From NCBI GenBank assembly GCA_037719755.1, contig JBBJMB010000001.1, positions 1-55,739 of the forward strand: a stretch of 55,739 nt of DNA, given 5' to 3'. The position numbers were made by a program, and so were the translations under genes. Of the stretch, positions 48,981 to 55,739 are shown one piece after another (within the stretch, counting starts at the first letter, position 1; every line of letters begins with the position of its first letter). Under the pieces are notes generated by a model. That model did not search any database, was not told where the DNA came from, and saw nothing but the letters and a program-made list of their open reading frames with translations. The DNA comes from Pyrinomonadaceae bacterium. GTDB lineage: Bacteria; Acidobacteriota; Blastocatellia; Pyrinomonadales; Pyrinomonadaceae.

Positions 48981-51039
48981 GTGAAGATGCGCAGTTGTTT
49001 TCCGGCGACCAGACTTGCTTTCGCGATTTGCCTCGCGGCGAGTCTCGCCGCCTCATCATTTTCTCAAGCGAACCAGCTTCCCCGTATGGATCAGCGCGCC
49101 GTCGAAGTCAAAACGCTCAACACGCTTTATTCGTTTCCGGCGCCCGCGAGCAAAGAAGAATGGCTCGCCCGCTCCGAGTCACTGCGCCAACAGATTTTGG
49201 TGAGCGCCGGCCTGTGGCCGATGCCGAAAAAACAAACGCTCAACGCGCACATCTTCGGTAAAGTCGAGCGCGAGGATTATTCAGTTGAAAAAGTTTACTT
49301 CGAGAGTCTTCCGGGTTTTTATGTGACCGGGAATTTGTATCGGCCGCTCAGGAAGGCCGGTCCCTTTCCGGCCGTGCTGGTGCCGCACGGACACTGGGCC
49401 TATGGGCGGCTGGAGAACACGGACCTCAGCTCCGATCAAGGCTTGGGCATTAACCTCGCGCGCCGCGGCTTGGTGGCCTTTTCGTATGACATGGTCGGCT
49501 ACAACGACGGCGGCCACATCGACCATCATCTCAAGCAAGGCAACGGCAACCGCCGGGGAGTCTCGTCGCCGGAAAGAGAATTTGGCTTGTGGGGATTCGG
49601 AACGCTTTCTTTGCAGCTGTGGAACGGCATCCGCGCCGTAGACTTTTTGGCCTCTCTTCCCGACGTTGACCGGGACCGCCTGGGATGCACAGGGGCTTCG
49701 GAGGCGGCACGCAAACTTTTCTGTTAAGCGCCATTGACGCGCGCATTAAAGTGGCCGCCCCCGTGAATATGATTTCTCATTCGATGCAGGGCGGCTGCGC
49801 TTGCGAAAACACCGCGCATCTGCGGCTCGACACAAACAACATGGAACTAGCGGCCTTGATCGCGCCGCGCCCGTTGCTGATGGTTTCGGCCACCGGCGAT
49901 TGGACTCGCGACACGCTCAGCATAGAGCACCCGGCGATGCAAAGCATCTACAAACTGTTTGACGCTGAAGGAAAAGTGCACGCGATGCAAGTCGATGCTC
50001 CGCACAACTACAACCGGGCGAGCCGCGAAGTTGTTTACGAGTGGTTCGATCGCTGGCTGCTCGGGCGGCCGGAAAGCAACCCGACGAAAGAGCTTAACTT
50101 TACCGTCGAACCGCTGGCCAAGTTACTAATCTTTCATAACAAAGAGCTGCCCGCGGAAGCTCAAACGCAAGAGCAATTGTTCGCTTATCTCAAGGCGAGC
50201 TCCGAGGAGCAATTGCAAGCTCTCCGCCCGCGCGACCAAGAGAGCTTGCTTCGTTTCCGCGAAACGATGGGTCCTGCGCTGCGGCACTCGCTCGCGGCGG
50301 AGTACCCGCAAGGGGTGATCGCGGAACCTCGCCCTTCTTTTAAGCCGGGCGCCGCGGAAGAGTTTTTCATCGGGCGCGCGAAAAAAGGCGATCGAATTTC
50401 CGCCAAGATTTGGAGGCCACAGGGAAAAGGCAAGCCGAAGGCGGCGACCCTACTGGTGCATCCCGCAGGAGCGACCGCCTTTCAAGCGACGGGCAAAGAT
50501 TTGGTCGAGGCGCTTTTGAAAGAGAATCACGTGGTGATGACGATTGAAGCTTTTAATACGGGCTCCGCACAGGCGAACCGAGACTTGAGCAGCGCGTACT
50601 TCACCACCTACAACAGATCGGATGACGCCAACCGCGTGCAGGACATACTGACGGCGCTCGCTTACCTGAAAGAAATGAATCAGGCGACGCCTCTCAATTT
50701 GGTGGCCTGGAAGAGGCCGGACTCTGGTGCTTGCTGGCGCGCGCTCTGGCTCCGGAGCTGGCGCAAACGGCGGCTGATGTTTTCCAGTTTGATGCTCGCG
50801 AGGATGCTTCTTTTCTGCACACGCTTTACATTCCGCTGATCAAGCGAGCCGGAGATTTGAGAACGGCTCTGGCGCTGGCCCCTCCGTCGCAGTTGCTTAT
50901 TCACAACACAGGGGGAAAGTTCGATACCGAATGGGCGCGCCAAACTTACCAAATCGCGGCGGTCACAGACAGGCTCCGCATCGAAGACGGTAAACTGCCG
51001 CGATTAGAGTTAGCCCGCTGGTTGACACAGCCTCGATAA
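48981..51039 (+). CDS. Secreted alpha/beta hydrolase family protein (acetyl-xylan-esterase/dienelactone-hydrolase-like); 2 frameshifts (about 49690 and about 50705)
   Basis: ORFs 48981..49727, 49685..50839 and 50731..51039 read on from one another. The nucleophile-elbow-like GCTGASGGG spans the first junction. Has a signal peptide. Confidence 0.6.
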
Positions 51040-51295
51040 TGGTTGTTTAGCGGTCGTCGCTGCGGCCATGCGTAAGTCTTCCTCTGCGCGCCCTTTGCGT
51101 CTTGTCTTGGCGCATCTCTGACGTCTCAATCGCGCCCGTTCGATCTCTCGGACGACAAAACGCTAGATGGCGGTTTGACAATCCCACGCGCGGCTTGATG
51201 CTACCGTCCGCTCAGCGCGGACTCATCGAATCGTCATCTGCAACCTGCCTCTCGCGTAACATCTGTTCGGAATTGTTCTCTGCGCTTTGACCCAT

Positions 51296-52035
51296 TTAGC
51301 CCGCCTGCTGCAAAAAGTCGCGCGTCCGCGCTTGCTGCGGCGCACGCAGCAGACTTTCAGCCACGCCGTGTTCGACGACTTCGCCGGCATCCACAAAAAG
51401 CAGGAAGTCGGCGAGCCCGTCCAGAAAATTAATCGAGTGTGAAACGATGATCATCGTTTGGCCTTCGGCGACGAAGCGGCGCAAGAGCGGCCGCATCTCA
51501 GCGGCGCGGCGCGGATCAAGGGCGCTCGTCGGCTCGTCGAACAGCAGCACGCGCGGGCGCATCGCCAGCGCGCGAGCGATGGCCACGCGCTGCTGTTCGC
51601 CGCCGGAGAGCGAATCCGGGTAGCGGTGAGCCATTACTCGCAGGCCAACCAGATCGAGTAAGGCGTGGGCGTGAGCTTCGGCGTCTTGGCGCGGCGTGCC
51701 GAGCACATGCACCGGCGCTTCGGTGATATTGCCGAGAGCGGTCAGATGCGGGAACAGATAAAGATGCTGAAAGACCGTTCCCGCATGTCGTCGCAACTCT
51801 TTGACGCGCCGTTGATACTCGGTTTTGTTCAGCTGCGCATCAAGGCGCACGCCGTCGCACTCGATTGAACCGGCGTCTATTTTTTCCAATCCGTTTAAGC
51901 AGCGGAGCAAAGTGGTTTTGCCGCTGCCGGAAGCTCCGATGACGCCTAAGATAGACCGGGCGCCACCTCAAAGCTTACGGCCTTTAAGATCTGCGCGGAG
52001 CCGGAGCGCTTGCTCAGATGCTCAACTTTAATCAC
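51296..52035 (-). CDS. Amino-acid ABC transporter ATP-binding protein; one frameshift near 51945
   Basis: GTG at 52035 overlaps the stop of the upstream permease gene (GTGA). MIKVEHLSKRSGSAQILKAVSFEVAPG / ILGVIGASGSGKTTLLRCLNGLE (Walker A), LSGGEQQRVAIARAL (signature) and LLFDEPTSALD (Walker B). Confidence 0.85.
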
Positions 52036-53585
52036 GCTTGCGCCTCCGCAACCTCGAACTGCGACGCCACGCGCCGTTGCAGTCTGAGCTCTAAGCGGCG
52101 GGCGAGGCGCGCCATCGGCAGACTCATCGCGAGGTAAAAGATTGAGACCACGGCGCCAAGCAGTAAGAATTCTCCGGACGCGTTCGCCAGTTCGCGGTAG
52201 GCCGTGGCGAGCTCCCAAACGGAAATCGCGAAAGCGACCGACGTGTCTTTGAAAAGCGACACGAAGTCGTTGGTCATCGGCGGCAACGCGATGCGAAAAG
52301 CCTGCGGCAAAATGATTCGGCGAAACGCCAACCGCGAGTTCATGCCGAGCAGATAGGCCGCCTCCCACTGCCCGCGCGGAATCGCTTCGAGCGCGGCGCG
52401 ATACACTTGCGATTCGTAAGCTGCGTAATTTAGGCCGAGGCCAAGCAGCGCCGTCAGCCAGCCGGGCATCGCGAGCCCGAGCTTCGGCAACCCGAAGTAA
52501 AGAAAAAGCAGTTGCACTAACACCGGCGTTCCGCGGAAAAATTCCACATAAATGGTGCACAGCGCGCGCAGCCAGCGCGGCCCGCCGGATTGTCCGAGCG
52601 CGAGCGGCAGGCCCAGCGAGGTCGCCAAAAGCATCGCTCCGAAGGCGATCAGCACTGTGACCAGTGCGGCGCGGCTCAAACGCACGAGCGCTCCCGTCCA
52701 GTTAAAGCGCGTCGCCGTCAGATCGTAAGAAACAGCTTCGGCAACGCTGGCGTCCGTTCCGCGCAGCGAGACCTGCTCCGCGTTCCACAAATTCCACTTG
52801 CGCAAGATGCGCTCAAGCGTGCCATCGCTGATGATGCGAGCGATGGCGGCGTCAACCTGAGATTTGAGCGGCTCATCGCCACGTCGCAAGCCCACCACAT
52901 AAACGCCGCGATGAAACGGCTCGCCCGCCGGTTTTAATCGCGGGTTCGCGCGCGCGTAATACATCTCCATCGGCACGTCCATCAAAACGGCGTCAAGACG
53001 GCCCAATTCCAAATCGCGGTAGGCGCCGGTCGGATCTGAATATCCTTTGAACGGAATTTCTTCTTGCTCCAACAAGCGCGAAGCGACCGTGTTGCCCAGC
53101 GTGCCGACCACGCCGTTGCGGCAATCACTGAGTTGGCGAATGCGCTCATCAGTGCGACGCACGGTGAGTTGGAGTTGGAAAACGTAGTAAGGCTGGCTAA
53201 AAAGTATCTGCTCCGCCCGGTCGGCGGTGGGTTCGAGCCCGTTGACGACGATGTCAAAGGAGCCGCGCCGTAGCGCCGAAACAATTGTCTCCCAATCGGT
53301 CGGCACCAGTTCGGGGCGGCGATTCATCGCCGCGGCCAGCGCCTCGACCATTTCCTTTTCGTAGCCGATGTAACGATCCGGCTGGGCCGCATCAGTGTAA
53401 ACATAAGGCGCGCCGCCGCTCGGGTCCGCACCCCAGCGCAGCGGAGACGACGACTGCTCTTGCGCCCCAACGGCGCCCACCATCGCACAGAAAGCGATCA
53501 CCAAGTGACAAGTGACAAGTGACAAGTGACAAGAAAGAAAAGAGGTGAGGCGGCGGCGATTGTTGTCTCTGCTCATTCTTGTCAC
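52032..53585 (-). CDS. Fused amino-acid ABC transporter substrate-binding protein and permease
   Basis: 517 aa. It has a family-3 SBP half (FDIVVNGLEPTADR...) and a His/Glu/Gln/Arg-type permease half (FRGTPVLVQLLFLYFGLP). The start is uncertain (GTG 53585 / ATG 53576 / ATG 53483). The first two starts place a heptamer array inside the signal peptide. Confidence 0.8.
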   Translation of the reverse strand: MTRMSRDNNRRRLTSFLSCHLSLVTCHLVIAFCAMVGAVGAQEQSSSPLRWGADPSGGAPYVYTDAAQPDRYIGYEKEMVEALAAAMNRRPELVPTDWETIVSALRRGSFDIVVNGLEPTADRAEQILFSQPYYVFQLQLTVRRTDERIRQLSDCRNGVVGTLGNTVASRLLEQEEIPFKGYSDPTGAYRDLELGRLDAVLMDVPMEMYYARANPRLKPAGEPFHRGVYVVGLRRGDEPLKSQVDAAIARIISDGTLERILRKWNLWNAEQVSLRGTDASVAEAVSYDLTATRFNWTGALVRLSRAALVTVLIAFGAMLLATSLGLPLALGQSGGPRWLRALCTIYVEFFRGTPVLVQLLFLYFGLPKLGLAMPGWLTALLGLGLNYAAYESQVYRAALEAIPRGQWEAAYLLGMNSRLAFRRIILPQAFRIALPPMTNDFVSLFKDTSVAFAISVWELATAYRELANASGEFLLLGAVVSIFYLAMSLPMARLARRLELRLQRRVASQFEVAEAQA

Positions 53586-53606
53586 TTGTCACTTGTCACT
53601 CGTCAC
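53502..53606. repeat. Inverted pair of heptamer arrays, (GTGACAA)x4 and (TTGTCAC)x3 plus degenerate units
   Basis: Left array at 53505..53532, right array at 53579..53606, with a ~45 nt spacer. The unit is the same as in the array at 3..44. Confidence 0.95.
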
Positions 53607-53615
53607 TCTTCGCAG

Positions 53616-55739
53616 TCACTTCTCAAGATACTGTTCGTCGGCGAAGCACCAGGCCCAGTTTTCGCCGGGCTCGATTGATTTGATGATCGGGTGATTGGTC
53701 TGCGGGTAGTGTTTGGAGGCGTGTCGATTTTTTGAAGAATCGCAGCAGCCCACGTGGCCGCACGTCATGCAGATGCGCAAGTGCACCCACGCGTCGCCTG
53801 TGCGCAAACACTCTTCGCAGCCCGGCGCGCTCGGAAGCACCGAGCGGATCTGACCGAGGTGGCCGCAATTTGTCTGCGCCGCATCGACACCCAGCTCGAC
53901 GCGCCGCTCGGTATCAATGCTCGCGCGCCGGACGACGCCGCTTGGCTCAATGCCCGCTGGCGAGCTTTCGTCGCTTGCCGATTCTTGGCGAAACAGCGGA
54001 GCGCTTTGCGCAAAGGCGAGAGTTGATCCCGAGAGCGTCAGCTCATCGCCCGGCTGAATTTGAAAGTCTGATGGCGCATCGGTGATGACTTGCCCTTTGC
54101 GCCGCAGGCGCAAGAGCGACAACCCGTAGTTGCTCTCCAGTGCCAGTTCGCCAAGCGTCTGCTGCGCGATTGGCGCGTGCGCACGCACCATCACGGTGCG
54201 CGAATCGAGGCAGTCTTGGCCGGGATTGCAGATCACCACAGGCTTGCTCGCTTGGCTCGGGTTGCCGAGCAGCGCCGCGTAGCTTCCGCCGCGCACGGCC
54301 TCTTCGTGCGCCTCTATCTCCTCGGCCGGCACGCGGTAATCGCGCAGCACTTCGGCGAAAAGCTGCACGATTGATTCTAATTCTTCCAGGATGACGTGAT
54401 CAGCCCCCGCTTCCTCGAGCGGCCGCGTCTCGACGATGTAGCGCGTGCGCACGACGATGCGCATCGTCGGGTTCATGGTGCGCGCCACGGCGGTGATGCG
54501 CCCGGCGGTCGCCGGATCGTCGTCGGCGATGACCATCATTTTGGCGCGCTCAATGCCGGCGAGCACGAGCGTGTGCTGCTTGCTCGCGTCGCCGCGCAGC
54601 ACCGGCAAACCCTCGCCCTCGGCTTCGTTGGCGCCCGTCGGACTGAGCGTGGTGATAATGTACGGAATGCGCGAGCCGCTGAGAACGCGCACCAGACGGC
54701 GGGCGGCTTCACCGTACCCGGCGACCACCACGTGATCCTCCATGTAGGGCACGTCGCCGGGCAGCGCGCCCCTCTCTTCCATGCGCGCGGCGTCCGACTC
54801 GGTTCGGCGTCGGCCGAGCGAACTTGAGATCCGCCCGCCGAGTTGCATCAGAAACGGCGTGATTACCATCAGCACCACCGTCGCCGAGATGAACGCCTGT
54901 GATCCGGCTTCGCCGAGATTCGCCGGCGTCAGGCCCGCCAAACGACCTTCGCGCTCCAGCACGAATGAAAACTCGCCCACCTGCGCCAGCATCAATCCTG
55001 CGGCGACGGCCGTCGGGAATTTATAACCCAGAGCCAAGACGCTCATCCCCGTGGTGACAAGCTTCACCACCAGCACCACGGCGATGGCGGCCACAACGAG
55101 CAGCGGATTGCTGATCAAAAATCCGACGTTGAGCAGCATCCCGACCGAGACGAAAAAGGTCGCGCTGAAAAGTATCTGTAACGGCATGGTCTCGCCGAGC
55201 GCGTGCTCGCTAAAACGACTCTCGCTCACCAGCAAGCCGGCGAGGAATGCGCCGAGCGACAAACTCACGCCGGCGAGACTGGTCAGATAAGCCGTCCCGA
55301 AGCAGATCGCAATCACAGCCAGCAAAAAAAGCTCGGGCGAACACGTGAGCGCCACCATCTCCAGCACCTTCGGCATCAAACGACGCGCGAACAGCAACAC
55401 CACTGCGATAATGGCCACCGCTTTGCCAAGCGCAAAAGCGATGTCCCAACCCGAGCCGCCGCTGCCGCCGAGCATCGGCACCAAAAGCACCATCACGATG
55501 ATCGCCAGATCTTGAAAGATCAGCAGACCCAATCCCACCTGGCCGTGCGTGGCGTTCGTTTCGCCGCGCTCGCCAAGCAGTTTGAGCACAATCGCGGTGG
55601 AACTTAAGGAAACCAAAAAGCCTGTGAACAGACCGGCGCGCCAATCCACGCCGAAAAGGGCGAGCGCAGCCATAGTGGCGAGCGTCGCGAGGCCGACTTG
55701 CAGACCTCCGCCGATGAAAATCAGGTTTTTGATTTTGGC
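53616..55739 (-). CDS. CPA2-family (KefB/KefC-like) cation:proton antiporter with RCK (TrkA-N, TrkA-C) domains and a C-terminal UBP-type zinc finger; 5' end lies beyond the window
   Basis: The frame is open to the window edge. A polytopic N-terminal half is followed by VVVAGYGEAARRL (Rossmann-like), then a TrkA-C-like segment, then CGHLGQIRSV...CEECLRTGDAWVHLRICMTCGHVGCCDSSKNRHASKHY...HP (zf-UBP pattern). Confidence 0.8.
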   Translation of the reverse strand, partial: AKIKNLIFIGGGLQVGLATLATMAALALFGVDWRAGLFTGFLVSLSSTAIVLKLLGERGETNATHGQVGLGLLIFQDLAIIVMVLLVPMLGGSGGSGWDIAFALGKAVAIIAVVLLFARRLMPKVLEMVALTCSPELFLLAVIAICFGTAYLTSLAGVSLSLGAFLAGLLVSESRFSEHALGETMPLQILFSATFFVSVGMLLNVGFLISNPLLVVAAIAVVLVVKLVTTGMSVLALGYKFPTAVAAGLMLAQVGEFSFVLEREGRLAGLTPANLGEAGSQAFISATVVLMVITPFLMQLGGRISSSLGRRRTESDAARMEERGALPGDVPYMEDHVVVAGYGEAARRLVRVLSGSRIPYIITTLSPTGANEAEGEGLPVLRGDASKQHTLVLAGIERAKMMVIADDDPATAGRITAVARTMNPTMRIVVRTRYIVETRPLEEAGADHVILEELESIVQLFAEVLRDYRVPAEEIEAHEEAVRGGSYAALLGNPSQASKPVVICNPGQDCLDSRTVMVRAHAPIAQQTLGELALESNYGLSLLRLRRKGQVITDAPSDFQIQPGDELTLSGSTLAFAQSAPLFRQESASDESSPAGIEPSGVVRRASIDTERRVELGVDAAQTNCGHLGQIRSVLPSAPGCEECLRTGDAWVHLRICMTCGHVGCCDSSKNRHASKHYPQTNHPIIKSIEPGENWAWCFADEQYLEK

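Overview
GC-rich bacterial chromosomal window with about 40 real genes. The VWFA-type secreted protein, the CarboxypepD_reg-type TonB-dependent receptor and the SBBP beta-propeller repeat protein suggest an Acidobacteriota-like organism; this is inference only. Most of the window is ordinary backbone: a methyltransferase/YfhO-like/DUF4214 cluster, yhhQ, and a conserved minus-strand string gap-pgk-tpiA-secG-tRNA-Leu(GAG). Further along are a TolC-like channel, a multiheme cytochrome c fused to TPR, a TonB-dependent receptor, an AhpD/CMD-like protein, a GT2 glycosyltransferase and a ~3.5 kb SBBP-repeat protein. A CpxAR-like two-component pair sits beside an ECF sigma factor and an LTXXQ/Spy-like protein. 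The remainder holds dacB, pilD, an orphan histidine kinase, VWA and glycine-zipper secreted proteins, an SLT transglycosylase, an alpha/beta hydrolase, an amino-acid ABC transporter and a partial Kef-type K+ transporter. The most interesting locus lies directly downstream of tRNA-Leu, after a clean terminator. It starts with a visibly AT-richer Uma2 (DUF820) endonuclease gene. A tight four-gene minus-strand cassette (6894..12885) follows: an unrecognisable ~300 aa protein, two paralogous BrxD-like (DUF2791-type) P-loop NTPases, and an Lhr/BrxHI-like helicase. No PglX, PglZ or BrxC is present anywhere in the window, so this is a candidate orphan BREX-accessory-derived or novel NTPase-helicase system. 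Two further layers are notable. First, intergenic regions carry many palindromic elements whose arms are tandem heptanucleotides, plus a 90-bp MITE-like element in two copies and a ~300 nt nested-palindrome element. Second, about 18 genes, essential gap included, are interrupted by frameshifts, mostly at short homopolymers. That points to consensus sequencing error rather than decay, although gap also seems to carry a real ~14 nt deletion. Frameshifted genes are reported as merged spans. Most antisense ORFs in the supplied track are GC-rich shadow ORFs and are not reported.
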